Assembly (NCBI GenBank): GCA_032718475.1
Contig: JAUCBJ010003134.1
Location: forward strand, 1-54,787
Origin: Nemertoderma westbladi
Taxonomy: Eukaryota > Animalia > Xenacoelomorpha
Direction of reading: 5' to 3'
DNA: 54,787 nucleotides
Positions within the stretch are counted from its first letter, which is position 1, and each line of letters opens with the position of its first letter. Made by a program: the position numbers and the translations under genes. The notes under the pieces were generated by a model. That model searched no databases. It saw only the letters and a program-made list of their open reading frames with translations, and was not told the origin of the DNA. Below are positions 1-10,992 of the stretch, piece by piece.

Positions 1-290
1 AATACTATGTTCGATTATTTGCCGAATTGTGATTGGCCAGTATTACAGTATGTACGGTACTCTAATTGAGAGTGCTTTGCACGCGTATCGCATGTGCCAC
101 GAAAGAATGAACCACAAATTATTTTTTGCGTGGAGTGGAAGCATTCGTATCGCATAATGATGAGCCACGAATATATTTACATGTGAAATCTCACATGCGA
201 TACGAATACTATACGCATTCGTTAAATTATTCGGATTGACGACCATTGACGAAGGCTTCACTAATCTTAAATAACATTGCACGCACCTTT

Positions 291-860
291 TATGAATGCT
301 GCATGTGGCACGAATGCTTTACGCATGGGGATTTTTTACTGGGGGAAGTGGTGCCAGTAAGGATGACAGTCGAGAATGGGTGATCGGTAATTACGCTGAT
401 GTTGATAGATAGTGGAGCAGCATTCACATTGATGGAAAGCTGGATAGCAGATAGGCTACAACTAAAAACGAGGTCGAGTAAGATGGTGGTCACCACCATA
501 TCCGGCAAGGATGAAATTTTTCAATGAGAACAGGAAAGTGTAAAATAGGGACTATAATTCCCGATTCCAACTACGGGGCAACCATAAACCCCTATACGAA
601 TTACCAAGTCCATCAATATTAACGCCAGACGACCGACGCAGATCGAGGTCGAGCAATATCGGCATCTCGACGCTATTGACTTTACGACACCAAACCTCGA
701 TGTGCCGAAAGTATCTCTGATAGTCCGGATGGATTGCCCGACAGCCCATGAGAGGCTAGAGACAATATTCGGGAATGATAAGGAGCGAGACCCAGTGGCA
801 ATCCTAACGCTATTTGGATGGATGCTTACTGGGACTATTAAGTCCAGCCTTCCATTTCAC
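291..860 (+). mobile_element. Degenerate BEL/Pao LTR-retrotransposon aspartic protease region
   Basis: A frame continuous with ORF 702..1508 reads LLGEVVPVRMTVENG*SVITLMLIDSGAAFTLMESWIADRLQL (DSG at 408-416), then YRHLDAIDF...VSLIVRMDCPTAHERLET...DPVAILTLFGWMLTG, matching the BEL/Pao protease signature. Several in-frame stops, e.g. TGA at 381. Confidence 0.75.
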
Positions 861-1854
861 ACACCCGAAACATCTGGATGCATGCTGTCTGGTACCATTG
901 GGGACATAGAGCAGAAGTCAAAGATGGGCGATGGGAAGGTACCATATGAGAAGCGGCCCGGGGAAGGATATCAGGAGTTGGGAGTGGGTATGGATCTGGA
1001 ACCACGCATAGTGGAAAGGGTGCATGATGAGTCCGGAGTAATACCATTGATAGAGGAGACAGGACGAGAAGCAACAGCTAGGGAGTGGGTGGAGGAGAAT
1101 GGGTTCAATGCACAGGACCTAGAGGTGATGGGATGGAACACAGATGTTCCTGGCGAGTATTGGTACGAGGATGGGGAAGAGTGGACGGCGAGATATCCAG
1201 AGAGATATCCGGAAGAGACGCCGATCCATTTGATGAGTATACCGATACCAGGGAGATCGAATAAGAAGATAAGGAGGAAAAGGAAGAAATATAAGAAGGT
1301 TGATCCAAAGGGAGAAGAACCGATGATGGAGGGTGATGGAAACGGGGCAGTTAGAGGAGACGTGTTGAATACAGGGCTAGCAGAGTGCGAAGGGGCATTA
1401 AATGGTAAACCATTATGCGTACCTAATGATGGCCAAGGGTCATCGGGGGCTTTTAATGCCGGCACACATATTGAGGGGGAGGGCAGCAGAGGTGGAATGT
1501 ACCAGTGACGATGAGATGGAGGGTGGCATTCTACCACCAAGTGACGAGAAGATGAAGGGTGGCATTCTGCTGCCAAAAGACGATGAAGAATTCTGTAAGG
1601 TAACGGGAAGGTCGGATTGGAGATTGGAGAAGGAGGGGAGGTCAGATCCGAGGGATTTAGGATTAGCAAGGAGACTAGGGCGAAGGATAAGAAGACCTAC
1701 AAGAGGGCAGTGGGAAAGTTGCCTGCTGGAAGAATCGCCCTTAGGTTGATGAGTCGTCCAATAAATTGGACTAAGGGGGGTGGGAATGAGGGCGAAACAC
1801 CCTTCCCACACAAAATAAAACATAAAAATAATAAAATAAAAATAGAATTACATA

Positions 1855-2420
1855 CATCCAATGGGTACAAATGTACTAACGTACATACATACGTCTGATG
1901 AGTACACCTGTACTAATGTACATATTATTTAGGTTTAGATGAACATTATGTACGTCGAATGGGTACAAATGTACTAACGTACACACATACGTAAGATGGG
2001 TACAAACATACTAACATCCATAGAAAGTACTTCTGATGAGCACACCTGTATAATGTACATAATATTTAGGAATAGAAGGACATAATTACGTACGCTCGAT
2101 GAGTACAAATGTACTAATGTACATACATATGCCTGATGAGTATACCTGTACTAATGTACATAATTACATACGCACTAATGCCGGGTCAATGGGACCAATA
2201 ATAGTACATAATACGTACTACAGTTAGGATTAGAAGGATACATAGTATCACATGTAGGATTAGATGAGTACACATTACGAACATCTGATGAGCACAATGT
2301 GCTAACGTACATAATAAGTACTAATGCTGGGTCAATGGGACCTTATGTACTAATGCCAGGTCAATGGGACCATAAGTACTAATGTCGGGTCAATGGGACC
2401 AATAATAGTATATAATACGT
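1855..2420. repeat. Degenerate short AT-rich repeats built on GTAC motifs
   Basis: Recurrent TGTACTAATGTACATA, GATGAGTACA and GGGTCAATGGGACC units. Confidence 0.6.
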
Positions 2421-3090
2421 ACTATAGTGCGCACTAAGGGCGCCATGTGAGGAGTTATGCATGGGTAAATAATTACAGCAAGGTGAAGAAATCATAGCAA
2501 CTGAAAATTGAAAAATTCTAGAAACATAATTAAAAAGTAACGGACAAAAAATTGCAAGGTTAGAGAGAGAGTTGACACGTGACTCAGGAGTGATGACAGA
2601 ATAAGGGAATAAGAGGTAGGCCAACCCAGATTTTAACACTGATTCAGGTAGAATTAGTTGTTTCTTGTCTTACTGAGCCTTACCAAGGCACCATCATCAG
2701 TTTGGTGAGAGATTGGGATGGCGGAGAAATGGTGACAAAAGTAACGACTAGTGGGGATCCATGGGACACTGGATGAAGCTGGATAAAACAAATCGGCAGG
2801 CTCCTCCACTATGTCGTAGAGAGGGTGGAAAATTCAAAGGAACACCTCGAGAGTCGACTAGGAAGAAGTTGCCGTTTGCCTGCCAGGCTGCTGGGAGGTA
2901 ACGACAACCGCATCTCATGGAGGGTTCACTAATACCCAGCGACACCTGGATGGGTGGTCATTAAACAATAGAGTGGAGTTTAGGAATTATTATGAGAGGT
3001 CATTCCCTGCGAGATGTAAGCGGATTCAATTCCCTGCATTACCCAGTGGAAAATGGGCAAAGTGGCATTTTACCAATAATAGTTGGGAAG

Positions 3091-3600
3091 GTGACATTAC
3101 CAATAATAATGTCACCTAATAACCAACTTAGGCGATACACATCGCCAGCCACAAAGAAAGTTGAGAGGTCATAAACCATATCAAAGGGACAAAGGGGATA
3201 GCAGGGCTAGCACGTAGGGATAGTGGCAGCAGGGAGTGGCGAGATGGAAATTAATCGGGTTAGCCAATGATGGGAGTGATTAATATGTGTTAACAATATA
3301 ATAGTTGTACTTGTGGATTATGATTCAGTTGGTATCTGTAGAGTTGTGACATTACCAATAATAATGTCACCTAATAACCAACTTAGGCGATACACATCGC
3401 CAGCCACAAAGAAAGTTGAGAGGTCATAAACCATATCAAAGGGACAAAGGGGATAGCAGGGCTAGCACGTAGGGATAGTGGCAGCAGGGAGTGGCGAGAT
3501 GGAAATTAATCGGGTTAGCCAATGATGGGAGTGATTAATATGTGTTAACAATATAATAGTTGTACTTGTGGATTATGATTCAGTTGGTATCTGTAGAGTT
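3091..3600. repeat. 255-bp head-to-tail tandem duplication
   Basis: 3091-3345 and 3346-3600 appear identical, with GTGA microhomology at the junctions. Confidence 0.9.
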
Positions 3601-4685
3601 GTGAGACCGGAACGGTTTTTAACCATTGTCATTACCATGCTATTATATTCTGACTGTGCTATTATTATGTTCTGTGATTATAACAACAGACACTAAAAAC
3701 TCGGTTATTCCAACGGCCTTCGGCCTCAATATCCGGACCACAGCCTTTCAGCAGCCTACTAGGATCGGCATGCTGCATTGCAGCTGCATTTTTAAGAATG
3801 CTGTGCCGACTTATCGACAAAATTGCACCGCCACAACTCCCTATCACCCATGACATTTGCTAGATCATCCGCATCTTCAAGGCCAGTGTCCTTTAAGATG
3901 CGTCTCAAGAAAGTCATGGGCTGTCCACTATGCTTATTCACTCCATGAGGCTGCCAAAGTACAAGATTATGCACTGGGTGGTCCTCACGGCGAAAGCAAT
4001 GTCCTGCAAAGCGGAGGCGATTTTGTTCTAGTGTCAAGCTTGGGGGAACCAATGAGACATCTCCAATGTTATATAGTGTCTGGTTGGAGATGTGTGCATT
4101 GTACTTGACACAATGAACCCGGCGTAGCATTCTTGTGAATGTGCCATCCAGAGATTTGGTGTCCTCAGCCGTTTGAGCCCAGCATGGACTCCCATAGAGG
4201 AGTACTGGAACTACTGCTGCTCTAAATAATCGGACCTTAAGTTTCCGATTAATTCTCGGTGACTTCCAAATCCTGGAAAGCCTATTCAAGGAATGCCTTT
4301 CCCTTACATATTCGAAGGTCCTCATCTGACTTCCGGATCCATGATCCAAGGTAACAGAAGTCATCCACATGCTCAAGCATACCATCTTTTAAGCTTATGC
4401 TCATCCGATCAGAGACTTGCTGAGGACTTTCAAAGTTGACTGTCAAAATTTTGGTCTTTCTGGAGTTAATAAAAAGACCAACACTAGAAGAAGCATGTTC
4501 TAATGAGCTGAGGAGCCGTTGGGCTCCCTCTAGTGATTCTGAGAGTACTCCTAAGTCATCAGCAAAGTCTAGATCAGTTAGGTACTTGGCAGGACTACTC
4601 AGCAGCCTACGAACGCGGCGACGCGTATTATACCAAAACAACATACTGGTCAGGGTTTAGCTACCAACTCCTAGGTCCCGTCACA
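3600..4685. mobile_element. About 235-bp LTR-like element (TGTGA...TCACA) interrupted by an RTE-like LINE
   Basis: Removing the LINE and one TSD leaves about 235 bp that align with 6037-6273 (shared GCCTTCGGCC, CGGCGACGCGTATTA and GGTCAGG blocks). TG...CA ends; no TSD found. Confidence 0.5.
3760..4598 (-). mobile_element. 5'-truncated RTE-like LINE, copy 1 (frameshifted RT C-terminus)
   Basis: LDFADDL, VGLFINSRKTK, FCYLGSWI, VLLYG and RLRFAGH motifs. Flanked by direct repeat TCAGCAGCCTAC at 3748-3759 and 4599-4610. Frameshift near 4290 relative to copy 2. Confidence 0.9.
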
Positions 4686-5680
4686 CGAGATAAGAAACGT
4701 CCCGAGGGGCGCTACCGGGGGTATGGTAGGAGGGACACTTGATGGGACCACCAGCGAAGCGATATCGAGGGAAGGTAACAACAGAGCTCAGGGAACTAAC
4801 AACAGGGATTAGTAAGGCCGTGGTGGCAAGTACGTCCGCGATTAAGAATAAGCAGGATTATAAGGAGCGCCCAGGCCAGGGCGAGGATAGGATTGAAGAG
4901 AAGAGTTATGGTGAACTGGAAGGATGAGATGAAAGTTCTAGACCGACCATCCGGATGTTGTACGCAGACGTCATCTAATTACGAGAAAGCATCAGGATGC
5001 CCGGAAGGACATCCTGATGCTTTCCTAGACTCAAGACTATAGTAAAATATTCCCGCCCTAATTATAAACAATATAAATAAGATTTAAAGTAACTAATCAT
5101 AGTGTAATTATATATAACCACCATATATATATACCATAGTCAATGTAACCTTTTCCAATTTGCTACTGGGACGGGGAACTCATTGACTGAAACAGGAGGA
5201 CGAGAGAAAGGACCCACTTACCGCATATGTGCGCACATGTGTGAGGTTGTGAGGGCCAAAAGGAGTATGGAGAGTGAAAGTAAAAGTGGGTTGAGTAGAG
5301 GGGCGTGATGATGTGATGAGAGAGACAAGGGTTTAAGGGAGGATGAAGAGGGCGAAATTCGGAAATGTGGGGAGCGAGCAGAGTGGAGGATGAATCCTAT
5401 GCGACTAATGAGGTGCGGATTAGGTGTGGAGATGGGATGATAGTGTCCGGGTTAGAAAATTAAGTGAGGAAGAAGGGCGATCGTCTATAAGACGCCAGAT
5501 GCCTTGGTACAACTTATGTACCAAGGGTGGGTAGTGAAACCAGACCCAGAGGGGCCGGGCCAGTCTGGAAAACTGGCCCCAGAAAAGAGTATACCACCCC
5601 ACGCCCAATATTAGATTGGATTCCAGCAGAATGGAGCGCACTATTGGGTTGATGCTATATTCTCACTGGGAAGATAGCAT

Positions 5681-5703
5681 GGGGGGGAGTGTTAGCGGAT
5701 CCA
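5681..5703 (+). other. Possible polypurine tract followed by an LTR start
   Basis: GGGGGGGAG is directly followed by TGTTAGCGGATCC, which is a near-inverted match to GGATCCCGTAACA ending at 6273. Confidence 0.35.
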
Positions 5704-6036
5704 ATCCGTTGCACCATACAGCGAGAAAATGGGGAATCGTAATTTACGAATTACGATTAAGTATGCAATATTATCCAATGTAATATTGCATACCAGAAGG
5801 GAATGGGGCAATATAGTGCCAGTTGGAGATAGATGCCAATATATCTCAGTGGGAAGCCAGCATAGGGCCAGGGGAGATAGGGAGTGGCCAGATGGTAAAC
5901 CAACCAATGGTGGGGTGGCACACCATCAATTAGCGCGCATCTATTGGTAGGTCGAGTAGGTAGACATATAACCTTCTAAGCAATAACTATATAACCGTTA
6001 CTCCATGTTAATCATGTTCAGTTTGCTATTAATCAG

Positions 6037-6273
6037 TGTAAAAGTCAAACAGTTTAAACCGTCATCGTTACTGCGTTTATTGTGCTATACTGATTGTGCT
6101 GTATTATACCGGTATTTATATATCAAACATCATTAATAACAACAAAACAAACTCTGTTATTTAAACAGCCTTCGGCCTTCAGTCTATTCCATCGCACTGG
6201 GCAGACACGGCGACGCGTATTACCACGAACAAATACCGGTCAGGATCCTTTTGACAACTCGGATCCCGTAACA
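6037..6273. mobile_element. About 237-bp LTR-like element related to 3600-4685
   Basis: TGT...ACA ends, AATAAA on the minus strand near one end, and colinear similarity to the interrupted copy. Confidence 0.5.
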
Positions 6274-6564
6274 ATTTATTTCTTATTGTAATGCTTATTT
6301 ATCCCTTATTTCTTATTCTTCTTGACAAATATATTTGAGGAGTAAATTATATTTTTAATTGTTTTTAATAGCCAATAAAAAGTACAAGCTAACACAAATT
6401 AAATTTTTTTTTCAAATTAAAGCAAATGTAGGCAACATAAAAGTAAGTAATTCTAGAACATAATTAAAGTAAAAAAATTATAATTAAAAAGCACAATTAA
6501 AGTCAATTGTTTAATTAGTTTAAATTAAGCAGTCAGCTTATTTTTGGCCGTAACCTCGCGAGTT

Positions 6565-6773
6565 TTGATCGCAGGGAGCCGGTATTCGGCTCTGGTATCC
6601 GGTATTCGGCTCTGGTATCCGGTATTCGGCTCTGGTATCCGGTATTCGGCTCATTGATCGCAGGGAGCCGGTATTCGGCTCTGGTATCCGGTATTCGGCT
6701 CTGGTATCCGGTATTCGGCTCTGGTATCCGGTATTCGGCTCATTGATCGCAGGGAGCCGGTATTCGGCTCATT
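6565..6773. repeat. Minisatellite with 20-bp CCGGTATTCGGCTCTGGTAT units in an 89-bp higher-order period
   Basis: TTGATCGCAGGGAG recurs at 6565, 6654 and 6743. Confidence 0.9.
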
Positions 6774-7180
6774 CTGTTCGGAATATAACGATTTTTTTTA
6801 AATCCACATCCGATTTTATAATTTCATTACTTTTTCTCATTACAAAATGCTGAGAAATAAAAAATATTTTTAAAAATTGTATTTCAACATTCGAAATTTT
6901 GCAGTCTAGTAGAGTAATAATTGTTGGTTTCAAAAATATATGAATTTGGAGGTTATCGCTTTGCAGAATTGCAATAATTACGTCTCAATGCACATAGGTT
7001 TGTGTATGGGTAGGTCCACATAGGTTTGTTTACATAACCTATATGTGGGGGTGTGTGGTGGTGTCTGGATGTATGTGGCTAATGACTAATTGTAATTTGT
7101 TTAAATATAAAGGCCCTAATAAAATATACTCTACAACGCAAAAGAAAGCAAATAAAATTAGTATCGCTTCTACCCTTACA

Positions 7181-7471
7181 TACACCTGCACCTACACCTA
7201 CACCTACGCCTACGCCTACACCTACGCCTACGCCTACGCCTACACCTACACCTACACCTACACCTACACCTACACCTACACCTACACCTACACCTACACC
7301 TACACCTACACCTACACCTACACCTACACCTACACCTACACCTACACCTACACCTACACCTACACCTACACCTACACCTACACCTACACCTACACCTACA
7401 CCTACACCTACACCTACACCTACACCTACACCTACACCTACACCTACACCTACACCTACACCTACACCTAC
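7181..7471. repeat. (CACCTA)n hexanucleotide microsatellite, about 48 copies
   Basis: Directly visible; it explains the TY, VG and CR repeat ORFs. Confidence 0.97.
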
Positions 7472-8109
7472 AACACATACGTTATGTGAACGCACATATA
7501 GTAGATTTCGACACTTGTAAGAACAGCTGGGATGGCGGTATTTTTCGATTTATTTTGCGTCAAAAAACCATTGAAATGTGTTAATTTAATATTAAACAAA
7601 TTTCGATACTAGTTCGGGCATTACCGTGTTTTGGGTACCCACTTTTTGAAGATTTATTTGACCATGTTAATGGCTATTATCATGAGGTTTTTGGTTTTAG
7701 AACATAAATGTCATCTTCTGTGAGTCGTTAGTCTGTATATAATTTACATTTCTGAATAGTAAAGTAATTTACTAGCTAGTTTTCTAGTTGGTTTACATCT
7801 TTTGCTGATTTTATTCAGCAAATTCCTCTAACCAAAGTATATTAAATCTTTTCAACGACTGTAGTTTATACTTCTTAGCAATCAGTCGTATTATGTTTTT
7901 GAGTACTGCATCTTGGTATAGCCTCTGGAACCGAAATTCAGTTAAATTCCGCAGCTACTGTAGTAGGCCCGGCCGCGTTCCGTGTAACTTCCTTAATATT
8001 TTTATCTTCAGATATTTCCATTGGCTTTCAATAGGATGTGATCTGATATCCTTCCGCATTAACTAAATATCTGTAATGGTTGACTCTTGGATGGTGTTAC
8101 CCATCCTTT

Positions 8110-8200
8110 GATCCATTAGCAGACCATTTCCCTCCAATTATTCCGCAATGTGATCGGCAACCGCAGTACCGGTATGCCTTCCACACATAATAACTCACAA
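8110..8200 (-). mobile_element. Possible tiny hAT transposase relic
   Basis: Minus strand reads GRHTGTAVADHIAE*LEGNGL, resembling the hAT HTGxNIAxxIxxxLxxxGL motif. Very short match. Confidence 0.3.
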
Positions 8201-8619
8201 ATTATGTAAACCAAATTTAATAAAATTGTTGAATAAAAAAAAAATTGAGCTAGTATAAATTGACTAGCTACCAAAAACAATGGCACGTAAAATTACTCAG
8301 ATTGAACTAAGATAATTAGGCCTACAGTACTAGCTGGTATTTCCACTTCAAAAATTATAAAAAAAAACATTTTTTAAAATAATTGGTCAGGGGTGTCGAC
8401 ATAGTACCGGTACTCAAATTTTATATATAGTTTTTGGAATAAGCAAGCTTTGTAATTATTTACGTCAGCCAACTGCGCTCTCCCTATAAAGTGGCTCGCC
8501 ACTGTTTTCATTAAATATATAACCAGTATACACTAATAATAGTAAAGTACCGGTATTCTAAAGTTAGTAAGCTAGCAAAAGCAAGCACTAAGCAGTCGGC
8601 CGAGGCCGCCCGCCCAGCC

Positions 8620-9075
8620 TCGGATCCGAGTCAGCATTTGCCAACATGATGGACGTGTCGGCAACAGACTGCCGCACTGGTGTGTAGATGTAGAAGGCAG
8701 AGATGAGCGGGGTGAACGTGGCGTGCTCCACCTCACGTAGTCTCTCCTCATAGGGACTTCATCGCCTCGTGGTGACATCCATCGGCACGGGTACTACTGT
8801 GTTTTAGACACACCCTGGGGAAATGGAATCATTGACCCTGTTACTGAGGGACCCACTGGAACCTGGACTGTGGGACCAGTTGACCCCTGGCCTGAGCTTC
8901 TTGATGTCACAAGTGATGTCACGAACCTACACTTCCTCAAACGACTGTAAAAAGTACTGTATGCTGGTACAAGGTTTGAAGGGAGTCCGTGACATCACTT
9001 GGAGGAGGCACCACTGGTTGCGAGAAGGTCAACCTAGGAAGGATGATCAGCACCTGATGCAGTAGCGCAAACGCA
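8620..9075 (-). mobile_element. Degenerate CRE-like (restriction-like endonuclease) non-LTR retrotransposon C-terminus
   Basis: Minus strand gives CVCATASGADH, VRDITCD and YEERLREVEHATFTPL (about 8703-8752) across frameshifts, the motif order of CRE-clade C-termini. Confidence 0.6.
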
Positions 9076-9294
9076 GTCGCAAGTCGCAAGTGCAGTTGTA
9101 TAGTACACAGTACAAATGAAATAAGTTAAATAACTATGTTTTACTGCAGTACTTAGGTATAAGGCAATCTTCATTAAAAAATAAATATGTTATACTGCAA
9201 TACTTTACTGTAGTCAGTTAACTGAGATAGCTGAAAGGATTAAAATTGCACTGATATGAATACAATGCACCAGTAGGCTGATGTCTTCAACAGT

Positions 9295-10917
9295 ATGGAA
9301 GGGAAAAATTATGTGGCCTACATGGCTGATCTATTTACAATGTTAAAATATACATGTTCCTACATTGATGTCAATTGTGCAGCAAAATTACAAGAAATCC
9401 AAAATAGAGTAGAACTATGCAACATAAAATATGGAAAGTTGGTAACATATGTAGTAAACCTGTGCTATTCACATGAGATATCAGATATAGCCAGGGAGAG
9501 AAACATGCAAGAATTACTTAATATATGGGAGATGATTTTAAGTAAACAAATATATATATTGAAGAATCTTAATCAGGAGATTAACCACTTGGAAAGTTTA
9601 TACAATCTTGAAGGTGAACTCGACAAATTTGCTGAAACATGGACAATCAAACTTATAGAAATAACGGCGAGTATTCTAAAAACGAGCCCAGATGAGCTGA
9701 TGAGCTGGGTAAACAGTTTAGATGCAGCACAGGTTCTTGGAACAGTACAAAGTTATCCGGCCTCCATACATGGGCCAAACCCAAGCATTATGCAAGCAGA
9801 AGTACCTAATGTCGCCCTACCTATGATAAACACTCAGATTATGCAACAGCAAATGGCTCAAACTCAACCTATGCATGTGGGAGCAATTCAACATATGCAA
9901 CAAGGAGCAATTCAACCTATGCAACAGGGAGAAATTCAACCTATGCTACAGGGAGTAATTCAACATATGCAACAAGGAGCAATTCAACCTATGCAACAGG
10001 GAGAAATTCAACCTATGCTACAGGGAGTAATTCAACATATGCAACAGGGAGCAATTCAACTTATGCAACAGGGAGAAATTCAACCTATGCAACAGGGAGA
10101 AATTCAACATATGCAACAGGGAGCAATTAAACATATGCAACAGGGAGCAATTCAAACTATGCAACAGGGAGCAATTCAACCTATGCAACAGGTAGCAATG
10201 CAACATATGCAACAGGGAGCAATTCAACCTAGAAAACTGGGAGCAATTCAACATATGCAACAGCGGGCAATTCAACATATGCAACAGGGAGCAATTCAAC
10301 CTAGAAAACTGGGAGCACTTCAAATTCACCAGAACCCCCATATACAAACAAACGCTCGTATTATGCAAACTGAAGGACCACAAAGACAGTGCTCCATACC
10401 AGCAATAGAGCCAAAATGTTACAAATATGTAGGAACTTCTTGGGAAGACCAAGGGGCTAGGCCAAAGCATGTGGGCCATACAAAAATACATTTACCAATA
10501 TCAGAAGAGACAGACTCTTTAAAAGTGAACAGAACATTCTCTGGTCGCTGTGTAATAATAAATGGACAAAAATGTGGTTTCATAGAACCTGATTTCAAAC
10601 AAATTAATATGGAAAAAAACCTTCAACGATTTGAAAAATACAACGTACATATTGGTAATCTTCGATTAATACCTGAAGCAGACACGCAGCTTCTATTCCA
10701 GTATAAATATGACGAGTCTGGAGAACTACGTATCTCCTATGTTACTTTAATAGAAGACTACACATGTAGGATATCTCGAATGGTTAACATGAATAGAGAT
10801 GCTGATCGAGGAACGGTGGAAGATAATATCTTATTGGATAATACAACATACACCGGGCGAGCGCAAAGTGGTAGGCAACTCGGAAATATTTTTCCAGTTT
10901 TCGTTGGTTTTATGTAA
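9295..10917 (+). CDS. 540-aa ORF: helical N-terminus, Gln-rich octapeptide repeat, divergent cold-shock-like domain(s)
   Basis: ATG-initiated open frame of 1.6 kb, mostly non-repetitive. The C-terminal segment FSGRCVIINGQKCGFIEPD...NVHIGNLR...LLFQYKYDESGELRISYVTLIEDYTC resembles the Lin28-type CSD by eye. May be an exon or a pseudogene. Confidence 0.6.
   Translation: MEGKNYVAYMADLFTMLKYTCSYIDVNCAAKLQEIQNRVELCNIKYGKLVTYVVNLCYSHEISDIARERNMQELLNIWEMILSKQIYILKNLNQEINHLESLYNLEGELDKFAETWTIKLIEITASILKTSPDELMSWVNSLDAAQVLGTVQSYPASIHGPNPSIMQAEVPNVALPMINTQIMQQQMAQTQPMHVGAIQHMQQGAIQPMQQGEIQPMLQGVIQHMQQGAIQPMQQGEIQPMLQGVIQHMQQGAIQLMQQGEIQPMQQGEIQHMQQGAIKHMQQGAIQTMQQGAIQPMQQVAMQHMQQGAIQPRKLGAIQHMQQRAIQHMQQGAIQPRKLGALQIHQNPHIQTNARIMQTEGPQRQCSIPAIEPKCYKYVGTSWEDQGARPKHVGHTKIHLPISEETDSLKVNRTFSGRCVIINGQKCGFIEPDFKQINMEKNLQRFEKYNVHIGNLRLIPEADTQLLFQYKYDESGELRISYVTLIEDYTCRISRMVNMNRDADRGTVEDNILLDNTTYTGRAQSGRQLGNIFPVFVGFM
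9871..10326 (+). repeat. In-frame 24-bp coding minisatellite (MQQGAIQP/H), about 19 copies
   Basis: Consensus ATGCAACAGGGAGCAATTCAACCT; the frame is preserved throughout. Confidence 0.95.
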
Positions 10918-10992
10918 AAGAACTTCTGAAAAAACCTCAGAGAGCAATTTTACTTCATAAAATAAATAAAATAAAAAATAATATTGGAAGAG

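Noticed and set aside
7043-7495. TY-, VG- and CR-repeat ORFs
   Set aside because: Translations of the (CACCTA)n microsatellite.
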